From Utricularia gibba (lineage: Eukaryota > Plantae > Magnoliophyta): 64,000 bases of DNA. The notes beneath the pieces were generated by a model. That model was not told the DNA's origin, searched no databases, and saw only the letters and a list, made by a program, of their open reading frames with translations. Shown here in pieces: positions 22,226-34,599 of this stretch. Position 1 is the stretch's first letter. Every line of letters starts with the position of its first letter. The position numbers were made by a program, and so were the translations under genes. Where the stretch lies: NCBI GenBank assembly GCA_002189035.1, contig NEEC01000011.1:868001-932000 (forward strand), written 5' to 3'.

Positions 22226-24960
22226 TTGACACTTGAAGAAAAATTTGAGGTGATTAATGTTCCAAGGCATATGAAAACATTGTTGGCAATACATTGGTTA
22301 GATGGTGATGCAGCTTCCTTGTGGAGAAGTATGGGGGCACATGGTTTGCAGGGGGTGGATACACCTTGGACTGAATATAAGGTGATGTTTTATGATCACT
22401 TTTTCCTTGAGAAAATAAGGCATGTGAAAAGAAGTGAGTTTGACAGGTTGAGGCAAGGGAACTTATAGGTTACTAAATATCTTAGCAAGTTCAATGAATA
22501 TGCAAGGCACCCCATGTATTTGATGGCTAATGAAAAGGAAAAAGTAAAGAAGTTTATTGAAGGCTTGGATTGTAAAATCCAAATGGCTTTAGTAGGACAT
22601 AAAAGAGCTGATTTCCCTGATCTTGTAAGCACGGCCATCAAGTTTGAAACTGAGCTAAAGAGGAGCGATCAAGTATTCCAAAGGAAGAGGACACAAGTTG
22701 ATAGGGAAAGCAGAATACTAGCAAAAAAATTTATACCTATTGGAAATTCAAGAGCAGGGAATAGGAATATTGTTTTTCGAGAGTGCCCAACATGTAAGAG
22801 AAAGAGCTGGTGAATGTAGGCTTGGTTCACAAACTTATTATGGATGTGGGAAAGAAGGGCACATGCTGATGAAATGCCCAAAAAGACAACCCAAGACACA
22901 GCAGCAGCCACTGGAAAAAGAAAGCAAACTGCTATTGTCGAGTTTTTGCTATTAGTGGAGATCAAACTGAAGAGAATATAATCACATGTATTATTCTTGA
23001 TGAGTCCTGATAACACATATTTTTGAGTGGCTCAATGCATGGAATTTACTCATTTTATGCTACAAAAATTAAGCTTAATTGCCTGTTTCTATATTTTTGC
23101 ACATAAATACCGTAGGAGTGCACTTTTAGTCTTAGTTGGGACTAAATCTGCGATTTAGTCCCAACCTTCTAACAGTTCCTTTCGAGCAATGCAGCATGGG
23201 TCGCAACACAAATCCCAAGGAGCCGAGTATGAACAGTGTGGTGGCAGAGAAGGTGGCAGAAGTCTGAAAAAGAGTACACACAAAGTCCAAGGAGGTGAAA
23301 AATGGAGATTTTGGACAAAAAGGGAGGAAAGGTGGAGAGAGAAGCAGATCTCCCCTTGGAGACTCACGAACACATTTTCTGGGGAGAAGGTTTTCTGGGG
23401 AGGAAGAAGAAGGAAGACAAATAGGAACGAAGCTGAAGTTCAAGATTATTTTCTATCTTCGAAGAATATTACTCCTAGCTAAGAGTAACTAGTGACGTTT
23501 TTCAGTTTTTGTTGACACTTCACATTACTTGCTTGTTTGCTTTCTGGTATTTGACTGTGAAATGAGCACACTGTGGGTGATGTTTTCTTTTCCACTTTCG
23601 TTTACCTTAAGCATGAGTGGCTAAGTACTTAGGGGGGTGTCTTGGGGTAAAAAGGGGAGAAACATGTTAATCAACCTTTAGATCTAAACAGCCATGAGTC
23701 ACGCCACTTCCTTAACAAACCAGGATAGATCCAGGAGAGGGAAGTAGTGAAACCCAACTTAACAACCCTAATTAGAGGTAGAACAAAGATTAGGGGGAAA
23801 AACAAGAATCCGGGTAGACCTAGATCTTGTGAGTTAGTTGTATGATTTGTAGTTTGTGTGAGCTTGTTTAGTGATGAGCATACATCCCCTAGGAGTCCCA
23901 AAGCATCACCCATTCCATTCCAGAAACAACCGAACTCTAGAACTTGTTATTTTTATTTACTGTATTTCGTTTTAGTTCTGCCTTAGTCCTAGCTAAGACC
24001 AATTTTACCAACGTGACACTAGTTTCATGTGTCAGCTTTCATATGGCAAGCACCTGCTCTTCGTGTTCGACCCTAATCACTATGCTCATAATTGTTTTAT
24101 GCTTGAATGTGGGTTAGATTATAAATTTATTTGATAGGAAAATTTGCAATTAACGACTTGCACAATTTTTCGTTTATCAAGTCCATATCAGCTCATGCTT
24201 TGATTGGCTGTGGTACATTTCATTCATTTGTTTCCAATGAATTTGCTAGACTATTGAATAGGAAACCATAAAATGATTTCCTTATTGTGATTACACCATC
24301 TAGTCAACAGAAAATGTAGTCCAGAAAGATTTACAAGGATTGAGCTATTGAAATTGAGGATGAGTGGTTGTTAGTTGCTTTGAGGGAGATTGATTGTTTG
24401 GATTTGTTATAATTCTAGGAATGGATTGGTTGGAAGCATATTATATGGTTATTGATTGCCATAAAAAAGAATTGAGAGCAGGAAATGGAAAAGTTTTTAA
24501 GATGGGTTAATAGGAAAGATAGGTTACAATGTCTTGGATACTTGGTTTTCATTGCTGATGAAGCAAAGCAGCAAAGAATAGAGGATGTACGCATTGTTAA
24601 GGAATTTCCTGATGTTTTTTTCCGGATGACTTGCCCGGTAAGCCATCAAGGAGAGAAATAGAGCAAACCATAGAGTTGCAAGGAACTTCACCGATTTTCA
24701 AGGCCCCCTTATACAATGAAGTTTTCATTGCTTAGAGAGTTGCAGATACAATTAAGGGAAATGGTAGATAAAGAATAATTAGACCTAGTACATCACCATG
24801 GGGAGCTCCTATGCTATTTGTGAAAAAAAAAAAGGATGGCAGTTTACGATTATGCTATGACTACCTAGAATTGAACAAAATGACAATCAAAAATAAATAT
24901 TTAGTATCAAGGATTTATGATTTATTAGATCAATTAGAGGGAGCTACAGTGTTTTTAAGA
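22226..24960 (+). pseudogene. Tekay/Del chromovirus gag-protease-RT remnant, interrupted by a solo LTR
   Basis: HWLDGDAASLW..FDRLRQG, zinc knuckle remnant (YGCGKEGHMLMKCP), protease split at 23007/24180, [23 protein letters not shown]. Confidence 0.82.
23008..24179 (+). repeat. Athila-type solo LTR (1172 bp) with 5-bp TSD
   Basis: TGATAAC...TTTATCA termini; TSD AGTCC at 23003-23007 and 24180-24184; close copy at 63117-64000. Confidence 0.95.
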
Positions 24961-25339
24961 CTGATCGGCAATTTCTCTTAGAACATATGCTATAAGAACA
25001 ATCACCTTTTGTAATAGAAGAATAGGTTTATCTTCTGTTACTTTTTTGTATCTTTGACAGCCCCGCATAGCTCCGAAGAAGAAAAACCAGCAACTGCCCA
25101 ACTCCCAAGCGGGCTTGGTGGCTGTTCCGACTAGTATTCCTGTTCAAGTTGAAACAAATCAATTTGTCAATTTTGTGCCTAACAACTTGATATCAGAGTG
25201 AATGGATGAATTCAAGGAACTGATGGCAAATATGATGCAAACTTGGCGGAGTTGGAAGCTCGCATATAGAAACTCAACAACGAAGAAGAGAGCACCTCCT
25301 TAGGGGTTAAGCAAACGACGAGGGAAGAAGAAACATATC

Positions 25340-26530
25340 CACATGACAGAATAGGATTTGGGTCACTTAGACTTGAAGTATCCTGATACGATGGAACAAC
25401 AGATCCACTACGCTGGCTCAACAAATGTGAGCATGCGTTTGAATATCACAACACCAAGGAAGAAAACAAAATGCACATTGTGGCAACACAGTTAGAAGGG
25501 GTTGCCCAAGATTGGGTTATATGGCTCAAAATAAATAACTATGATCTCACGTGGATAAGTTTCAATATTTTCTGTAATTTTCAATTCAGACCTCGGAATC
25601 GATCCACCCGTATGGCAAGACTAGAAAAACTACAAATGGGTTCTGACTTGGAAGAATACCACGCTCAATTCCTGGTAGTGGGTGTAACAGTAAAGGATTT
25701 AACAACTGACAACGAGATGCTGATCTAATGGAGTGGGTTACCAGAGAAACTATCTAGTCAGTATCACACTAAAATCCTTTCAACACGATAGACACCATGA
25801 GCCTGGCGTTCATGCTCCACAAAGGAGAGAAAGGAGGAGTGGGAATGCATCAGAAGCTCGATATAGCAAGAGGAAAGGAAGAAGATGTAGTGGGGGTAAA
25901 GAAGGAAGAAAAGAATAACCCCAAGAAGTCCATGATTCTGAAATGATTACCATAGAAATAGTTTTAAGAAAGGAAAGCCAAGAATTTGTGTTTCCAGTGT
26001 GATGAAAAATTCTCTCCGTGACATAAGTGCAAGAATTTTTTTTCTCATAGAATTCAGTGATGAAGAGTCCGAGGTAGAAGATGAAGAAAATTTCCATATA
26101 TCAAGAAATTGTTTCTTATAGAATTCAGTGATGGAGAGTTAGAGTTAGAAGATGAAGAAAATATCCATATATCATTTAACACCATAAAATGAGGTAATAC
26201 TACAGAAAAGGGCCAACTCATGGTGATTAAGGCATAACTATCAGGACACACATGTGTCTTCCTACTGGAGCTCACACATTTTCATACATGAGAGGATGCT
26301 TAGTAAATTATCACTCTTAAAAAGGGATTAAGAGGGATGGTGGCATACGGAGAATCCATTAGCTATTCTGGAATATGCAAGCATATCAAGCTGAAGTTCG
26401 GAAAGTTCACTTGTCAACAAACACTATACGTCTTTCCTCTAGGGAATTTCCATAGTATTCTCGGATACGATTGGCTTGAAATTCTTTCAATTTTTATATC
26501 TCACTTTCAGATATTTTTACTCGTATCATA
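25340..26530 (+). pseudogene. Ty3/gypsy (chromovirus-like) gag/protease remnant with a tandem duplication of about 72 bp at 26031-26174
   Basis: YDGTTDPLRWLNKCEHAFEYH...MHIVATQLEGVAQDW; ILGYDWL protease-like motif. Confidence 0.7.
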
Positions 26531-26690
26531 ATATCAGTACTATTTATACCCTCAGCACGACCCTATAAATACATAATCAATTATAGTCACATTATAAAAA
26601 TCATATGTGAAAAATGTGTCTATCTAAAAGTATTTGAACCTACTTTAACATCCACGTTCACCACCAGCTACTAGGGTCTCCAATAACATA

Positions 26691-27008
26691 TTATAAAGAC
26701 AAAGTACTGCATGCAACATTTGTTGGAAGCACCAAGATGTATCGGTGCTCCTCTTTAAATATACTTTTGCACCTGGATTTTTTATTGTAACCTAAAATTC
26801 CTAAAAATATGCAAACCATCTGTGGCACCGTAACATATTTTCCAACTCTTAAACGTGAACGATTATCTAACAGGCTATATAAAATATCGAAAGCATCTTT
26901 GGTGATTCTCAAATTCTCTATTAATGCCCTGTTCACATTACTAATCAACTTACTCATATATTCAATTTGTTTAGAAATTTTATCTGTGAGGAAATATTTG
27001 TGTCTCAC
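26691..27008 (-). pseudogene. Second Harbinger transposase remnant (N-terminal part)
   Basis: IENLRITKDAFDILYSLL...KYVTVPQMVCIFLGILGYNKKSR resembles the LRMDRNAF...VTVEEKVAMFL..LAH helix of Harbinger transposases. Confidence 0.7.
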
Positions 27009-28324
27009 CTATACCCCTTCACAATAAGTTTTTCAATATAAGTATATTAACACATTCATGTTAATGAAATATTTGGTTAATGCCACCACCTATACACTCA
27101 AAATGGCATAAGTCTCACTAGAAAAATTCATGTCCCCACAACACTCGAAAAATCAGAGAAAAGAAATCCATGCACACAAAACCGCTGATTTTGAAATTAA
27201 AAAAATTGCAAAATCAGCAACAACAGCCACAACGTGCGTCGGCAGTAGACAAAACCCACCAACAACAAAAAAAAAAGTACCAGAAGGCCCACCCTTCTAC
27301 GCCCAATCAGTACACAAACACGACACTACCAGCAATTCGCGATGCTTGCGGCTGGTTTCTGGTTGATCTCCATTGAAATTTACAGCAATGTGAGGGTATT
27401 GGAAGCTGCAATACTTGTTTGCTTAAATCGACCACCTCCGCAGTTTTAGTTAACCGAGTCCAGCAAGTTTCTGCAGTGTATAGGCAACTGGCAGATATAT
27501 TTTAACCCATCCATGAGTCCACCTCGCTACTCGCCTTGAATTCCTGTCACTCAACCCATCCATCCATCCTCCCATTTATCTTGAATTCTTTTCACCGATG
27601 GTGTTGACCTCCATGATTTGGTCGTCAAGAAACAAATCATTCCCACTCAATCTGCTTCCTTCACCTACAGCGGCTCCCTTATTGCACCCTAATTTTACTT
27701 TTGTTTCATCCCCACTCTACTCAATTTACCATAATGATGTTGGTTAATTACATAAAATACTCATATAGGGTATGCTTGGTAGGATAAAAAAAAGGTTTAA
27801 ATCCTTTGGTTTTTTAATAAATTAGGATGTTTGATAAATATGATTTAACAATCCTCATGATTTGAAGAATAATTTAAAGATATTTCAATAAATAAATTAA
27901 AAAAACTCATTCTTTATTTGAGTTTAACAAATCTTTCACTCAGAGCATCTATCAAACACTTTTAATGTTAACAAAGGTTTATATAAACAATAATAATTCA
28001 AACCTTTGAATACTAATCCATCCTACAAAGATTTTGATGTCCTTCTAACAGATTTTGATAAAATTGACCTATGAACAATTGGGTCAATTTTAACAAACAA
28101 GTAAAGGTTAATGCATAAATTTGCAATGTATTATGAAATAGTCAGATCATTCTTATGAATTTTACAAACAGTTAGGTTAATAAGAATAATATCATAAACA
28201 ATGGTATTAATGTTGTGAATATTTCAAAAACTATAAAACCAACTGTTCAATGTGCAGCAAATCATAAGTCTGTTATGTAATGACATTGAAATAGTGTGGT
28301 CCAGATTATAATTATCCCAAATTA

Positions 28325-28420
28325 CTACATGGTATATAAAAAGTAAATTGCTTCTTAATCATAAAATACTATCCCAAATAGCTATATCAATTAGGAATTG
28401 TCTTTATGTGATTTCTATCA
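28325..28420 (+). pseudogene. rpl20: NUPT: rpl20 3' remnant
   Basis: TTGCTTCTTAATCATAAAATACT..CAAATAGCTATATCAATTAGGAATTGTCTTTAT matches [20 protein letters not shown]. Confidence 0.8.
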
Positions 28421-28621
28421 ATATAAAAAAATAAAAGGATTATAAAGAATATTCTGAATTATTTAAATGGAGTTCCAAGAGAATAAACGCCGATATTTAC
28501 TCATGAATAATATGTTTGTAACAATACGATTGGACTTCTTATTCAAGAATGGCCTTTTTATTTCAATATTTTCTATATAGTATAATTTTTCCGATCAACG
28601 ATAAAACATACAAAATTTGAT

Positions 28622-28807
28622 CTATTTCTTTATTTACTCACGAATCATCATATGTTTGTAACAATAGGGACAGAATTTTGTTAGTTCTAATTGGCATATT
28701 ATGTTGGTTCTTTTGATTAATATATCTGGAAATACTATCTTAGGACCATTTCTGATGCAACTTGCATTAAAATTACAGTTACTCGGACATCTGGTTTGTT
28801 TAGCCTT
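28622..28807 (-). pseudogene. rpl33: NUPT: rpl33 remnant
   Basis: The reverse strand matches GATGTCCGAGTAAC, CCAGATATATT..AAAAGAACC and TTCTGTCCCTATTGTTACAAACATA...ATAAAGAAATAG. Confidence 0.88.
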
Positions 28808-28983
28808 GAAAAACCATCTAATTTTTATTTCCTCAATCCAACTAATTCGAAGAAAAAAAAAAAAACTAACTAAAGATCTTCTCCTTGACGGATATTCATT
28901 TTATTACACAGCTACTACTATCCCGTTAGTTGAATTGGAACTTGAGTCTTGCAAATGTTCTTCACGGCTTTCGAAATTATTAA

Positions 28984-29057
28984 CTGGAATGAAAAAAAGG
29001 GAAATGTCACTGCATCAGAGAAAAAAATATTAATCTCCCTCAATAGTCCGGCTAGAG
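28984..29057 (-). pseudogene. psaJ: NUPT: psaJ 3' remnant
   Basis: The reverse strand resembles GGTCTATTGATAGAGATTAAT..TTTTTCCCGGATGCGTTGACATTCCCTTTTTTTTCATTCTAG. Confidence 0.78.
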
Positions 29058-29250
29058 TTAGACACGGAATACCAAATGAAATGTACAGTGATCCATAACT
29101 ATTTTTCATGCTAGTATACTTAAAGAAATAAAACCACAAAAATAAAATAGGTAAAAAAAAAATTTCTTTATCAATCCTTTGTCAGTCAAGTAAATAGATA
29201 TGTAAAAAGCAAGACAGGAATTCTTTACAATGATCGCATAGACCAATTGA

Positions 29251-29323
29251 AGGGATGTGGCGCAGCTTGGTAGTAGGGTTCTTTTTTGTATAAAATGTCA
29301 TGGGTTCAAATGCTATCATTCTA
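29251..29323 (+). pseudogene. trnP: NUPT: trnP-UGG pseudogene, anticodon loop destroyed
   Basis: AGGGATGTGGCGCAGCTTGGTAG...AAAATGTCATGGGTTCAAAT; TTGGGTA is replaced by TTTTGTA. Confidence 0.88.
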
Positions 29324-29729
29324 TCTATTACTGCAGTTGGGCAACAAGTTATGCTGATATACAGTACGATTGATTCAAACTGCATGAATCCCAGGTGGAA
29401 AGATGGGATTTAGATAGTTCACTTCTTATTTTATATTAATTTTATATGTTTATCCTTAATTTTTTATATATTTATTTATATTTAAAAATGATAAGAACAT
29501 ATTTGTTTTCTTATAGAAATAAAACATTTTTCATCCTTCATAAATCAAACATATTAGATTTCATTCATGTATTCCTATCTCATCTAATATCTTTATTAAA
29601 ATATTTTCCGGTATGTTTGAATTCAGTAACCAAGCACACCCACAAAGGATAATCTTTTCGTCATGGATCCAATGAGATTGAAATGTATTTAGTCACTAGT
29701 ACTATAATTAGAAATTTACCCCATGGGAA

Positions 29730-29846
29730 TCAAAAGCCCAACTGATCCACCCGGTCTTGTATTGTAAATATGCTATTATAATAATCAAACCAAAGTAATA
29801 GGCATTAGACCTACCACAATCCAAATATAGTAATACCAATTGACAT
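29730..29846 (-). pseudogene. petG: NUPT: petG remnant
   Basis: Reverse strand TAGGTCTAATGCCTATTACTTTGG...GCATATTTACAATACA...GATCAGTTGG. Confidence 0.85.
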
Positions 29847-29908
29847 AAATGTCAATGAGTAAAACTTGTAGACACGGTAAACAATTATTTTTTTTCAAAT
29901 AAAATTTT

Positions 29909-30009
29909 TTGAATAAGTCGGATCGTGTTCAAAACTTCAAACTAATAAAGATAGCCGAAGTTATAGTCAAAGTTAATTTAAATAACCGAGACCTACTTAT
30001 GGTAAATAT
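29909..30009 (-). pseudogene. petL: NUPT: petL remnant plus upstream spacer
   Basis: The reverse strand resembles TTTAACTATAACCTCAGCTCTATTTATT..GATACGACTTATTT; the spacer AAATACGATATTTTAAAAAAGC follows. Confidence 0.72.
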
Positions 30010-32999
30010 GAAAGGACTAAACAAAATACGATATTTTAAAAAAGCATTATCTAAGTTTCTATTTTGAAAATTTAAGCAGAATTCACCAATTGAAAGTTTT
30101 GAATCATGAGTCACTTCTATATAGACATAGATGTCACAAACAAACATAAAGCACATAAAAACCGAAACTTAATCATTGTTCTGAGCATCTAGACATGCTG
30201 TGATTCCGATCAACCTAAACACTAACAGGATGTGGGTTCATATAACCATCAATACAAAATAAAATTCTTTGAAATGTATTGTCAAATAAAAATTTTCAAC
30301 TTTATTCTTATTAAATTATTACATTTATGTATAAAATTTAAATATTTAATTTATAAATAATATTTTATTCCTGTAGTTATATCATGATTTAGATTATAAT
30401 CAAACTCAAAATTCATCACACACAAACCAATCTTAATCTATTTTACTTTGTTTCCCTCAAATGGTGTTTTACCTATAAGGACATCTTTATCCATTTTCAA
30501 ATACGGTGTTTAAACATCAATAAAGTCATATTTCTGTATTTTCATTTCTTTATCATTCACTTTTGCTACTTCTGCGGGTACGTGCAACTGGTGAGGAGCT
30601 TTCTTTGCTAACGTTTCCTCTTTCTTTTCATTTTTTTCAGCTATTTTTTGGAGTATTTGGTTGTTGTTTAGATGACTTTTGCAATTGAATTTTCTTTCCC
30701 ATGCCTTTTAATTTTTTCAGATTGCAATCCTAATTTATGCAATTAATGATTCCAGCTTTAAATTTTCAGATTTAAACAATAATTTATGTTCTAGATTTTT
30801 CAAGACTCTTCAACGTAAATCTTTTTTATTTTATTTTTTTATTGTGCTACAAAATAACTTTTTCTGGACTTTATTTGTTTCATGATGTTCATATGCTAAT
30901 ATCATTTTAGTTTTTCACACTTTCGTACATCTATTATTCTATTTTCAGATTGAAACATTAAACCATTACACCTCGATTATCAATACTTATCACAATTTTT
31001 TATAGTAAATGGTTACCACAGGATTAACATTTCAAAGAGGGCTGAAGATAAACTTATTTTTATTTCAACTTAGTTAAATATTAGCAATGATTTAGAGAAT
31101 GTAAACACATAAAAAGGAAATTATTTTTGGAAAAAGATATTTTATGATTATCATGAAACAATATCACTAGTTCTTGATAGCATGAATACAAGAAGAAGGA
31201 AATGGAAAAACTTAAACTTATGTAAGTAAATTTGAAGGTTGTATGAATAAGAAAATGAAAAGAACAAAGAATATTATAACGAATATGATTTCAAGGAACA
31301 AGTTATGGAATTTTATAAACTTAAAGAATAGTGTCATGATCCAATGACCACCAGCTCATATATTCCAGGTCGTGACACCATGCCCCCAGCACGCTAAAGA
31401 GACATAAGTCTATTCTCAATTGTTATATTTAATGCACCATCTACATTTCCATTCTTTTTAGATGATATATTTAGGTGAAAGCTAACACATGATAAGATGA
31501 CAACATCATAGCACGAGAAGAGAAATGTTGTACTTTAACAAAAACAAGTAACATATGACTATTTATGGGTCATCTACATCTCACAATTTAGATGGACTTA
31601 CAAGTACCAAATATTAGCTATATACAGACCAAACTCTGAACTACCTTGCATTTTTATGGCAACCATACGGAACAAAACATACAAAAGTTGAGGAAGCTAC
31701 ACTAGATACACAGCAACACAGCAAACGCCCCTTGCAGCCATGGATTATGCTCTTCGACCACCCCTTGCAATCAAGCAAATAAGGCATCACAATCAAGATC
31801 CATTAAGTAAAGCAAACCACAACTTCTATAAGATTCAAGAATATGAACATGATCATAAAACATGAGCATTGAGGTGTCTTTAACTATGTGACCATTTTTG
31901 CACATAGTTACACCCTCTTCCACCCAATTAACCTCAGCTTGACAACCTTGGGAATTAGGAGAAAGAGGTTCTGTCAGTCTCTACCCAAGCAAACCAGCAG
32001 ACAGCGTGCCAAGCCTCACCACTGAATTCTCAGGGCACCAATCTCTATATTTATGTAACTTTCCATCATGTAAACTTTCCTTCCATTCATATGTGGCCAT
32101 TCCTTGATAGATTTTCTTCAGACATATCTGAAATAAAAATAACATGCATCCGCACTCCCCCAAAGTCTTCTAATTCACACAATTCGATAGCTCATAACCA
32201 CTCAGTAACATCAGAGTTTGGCAAGCTTCATACAAAACCATTTTAGATTGGTCTTACAGTCAGTCAAAATCATGAATCATAATTCATTTTGAAGCTAAGA
32301 GTAAGGGCTACCTTCAGGAAAAAGAATCACCTTAAAACCATCATTTGGGAGAAAGATATAAAGTTTTTATTAGGAACTCAAAAACTTGTTTTGGATGAAG
32401 TTTGAAAACGGAACAGTTTTTAGTAAAAACTTCTTAACTCCTCCAAAAGTCCAAATCAAGAAATTCTTTCTGATAGTTAACCTAAGGCATGGAACTGAAA
32501 CATTCATGTTAATTAGATTAGCATAAAATAAACACCCAACATAGAAATTGCAATGAATAGAACATAAGGCACATAGTCACTATTTTGCAGAATAATAAAT
32601 GCAGTCCGGTTCTCTTGCCAATCATCCCACTTACTTTCACCAAAGCAATTCCAACACCAAACTTTCTCTCAGCTACACCCCTGCCAAATTTCACGATTTT
32701 AGAAGCACTCTATGAACCATACCTGATTAAATTTCAAAATTGCACATCTGCTTACTTTCCGGTGGCCTTGTTGCCCAACATTTCTTGTTTCCTCTCCTTA
32801 CATTTGCATAGCTAAACTTCATCTATTTGCTTTCTCTAATCATCCATTTCTTATGTTTATCCACACCACCCTTGCTGTACCATGTGCAATTCTATGCTTG
32901 ACACTTACCTTCTTCCAATTGGACCAAACCATCATGTATGTGCAAAATGACTACTGTATTTTTTTTTCATTTTTCTCCTTTCCTTTGCTCATTCTTAGT

Positions 33000-33460
33000 G
33001 CATCAATATAGGCTTAACTTATGGGCCCCGTTTGGTTAAGGGGTTGGTGATACAAATTATTTAGGTATTTTTAAACTCATATTCATGGGTTTTATATGAA
33101 AACCTATTTGGTTCGTGTGTTAAAATTATTTGGCTTTATCATTACATGCGTTTGGTATACTAGTTTAGGATAAAGGTATTTATAATTAATATGGGTATAC
33201 TTAAACCTACCCCCTAGGTGGGTTTATATAAACTCATATCTATGGGTTATTGATGGGTTTATATAAACCTGTTGGGTAAATTTAAACCCAACAATAACCT
33301 ATATACCAAACCTTATAAAATATTAAACCTGTCTATAAACCTATTTAAGCCCACAAACCAAACGATGCCATGATGTTTTTTGTAGCACTCGACCCAATGA
33401 GTATTTCACAGAAAACCAACAAAGAATTCCATTAATAATTGATCATTTTGTTTCTTCGAA
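33000..33460 (+). pseudogene. psbE: NUPT: psbE 3' remnant split by a Tourist MITE
   Basis: Removing the MITE and one TSD restores [26 protein letters not shown] (psbE: [26 protein letters not shown]). Confidence 0.85.
33024..33369. mobile_element. Tourist-like (PIF/Harbinger) MITE
   Basis: TIRs GGCCCCGTTTGGTT / AACCAAACGATGCC; 3-bp TSD ATG, confirmed by restored psbE colinearity; internal AAACCCA/TGGGTTT motifs. Confidence 0.9.
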
Positions 33461-33471
33461 ATCCTTTTGAG

Positions 33472-33562
33472 TAGATCGAACCTCTCCAATTTTTTTGATT
33501 CCACCTTTTTTTTTTGGGGGGGGGGGGGGGGTCAATGTTAGCAGTGTAGATTATCCAATGAG
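33472..33562 (+). pseudogene. psbF: NUPT: psbF remnant with an internal deletion and a poly-G expansion
   Basis: TAGATCGAACCTCTCCAATTTTT...TTTTTTTGGG..TCAATGTTAGCAGTG; it lies between psbE and psbL. Confidence 0.75.
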
Positions 33563-33587
33563 AAACCTAATCCCTAATTATAGAATT

Positions 33588-33701
33588 ATGATACAATCAA
33601 ACCCAAATGAACAAAACATTGAATTGAATAATACTAGTTTTTACTATGGGGTATTACCCATTTTTGTACTCGTTTTATTCTCCAATTATTTATTCAATTA
33701 G
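33588..33701 (+). pseudogene. psbL: NUPT: psbL copy, still open (37 aa) but diverged
   Basis: [37 protein letters not shown] versus [38 protein letters not shown]. Confidence 0.92.
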
Positions 33702-34599
33702 GAAGATTAGATGACAAAACTACTAAGCCTATCTCTTTGGTCATTCTGAAGGATCTAATCTCATAATTATCTATGGCCGTTTATTTTGTGACAATGTGAG
33801 TTTATTTTGTTGCTATTTTATAAAAGAAATATTATTTTACTTTTGAGAATTCCATTGATTGATTCCGAATACGTCCTGGTCTTTTCTATTTATGAATACT
33901 TTACGTGCTATAACAAATAAAGAATTACAGAATTAAATATACATTATATTTCTTTTTTGAAAAAGTGAAAAGTAGAAATTGAAATTTTTTAAAGAACTAG
34001 AAACAGAAATGGTATGTTCTAGAAAAATTGTAGAAATAGATATTTTCGGGAATTGATTGTAAAAATAGAAATCAGAATTAAAAGTAATTGTTTTCATATG
34101 AAATTCATATTACGTACTAGCCACATCGATTGCTTTTTTTTTTCTTCAATCCAAATCATCATTTTTCATTCCACTTATCAAAAATTTATTTGGAATCTAA
34201 CTTTCCAATTTCCTCTACATTGCTGGTCAGAAACTTGCATTTAAAATTATTTTTATGTGCTTCATGTTATTTTTAAATTATATTTAAATTTGATATATAG
34301 TTAATATAAAAGGTACATAATTGGAAAAGTAAAATTATACATAAACATACTACTAAAATTAAAAACATAAATACTAGAATAAAAAATTAATTAAAAGTCA
34401 TTAAAAAATATCAGCCAAATTTAATTCAAATGTGCTCGATCAAATTAGATTTGAGTTGTCAATGTAATCCTATTTCCCTAGATCTCACGGCTCTTGCCAA
34501 ATATGCCTTAAATGCTTGAATATTTTGTCCTAAAACATTAGGTAGATCATGCATAGTATTCACTCAATTGTAGTCTCTAAGATCAGATTCAGTATCGTG

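Noticed and set aside
23132-23492. ORFs repeated at 63242-63589
   Set aside because: They lie within two copies of the same LTR; the conservation reflects recent duplication, not coding.
27768-27960. Possible Tourist MITE or terminus of the second Harbinger
   Set aside because: The inverted repeats are too weak and there is no clear TSD.
29251-29323. Functional tRNA-Pro
   Set aside because: The anticodon arm and acceptor stem are mutated, so it is called a pseudogene.
31981-32163. Exon-like minus-strand ORF after a TTTCAG acceptor
   Set aside because: No recognisable protein motif or partner exons.
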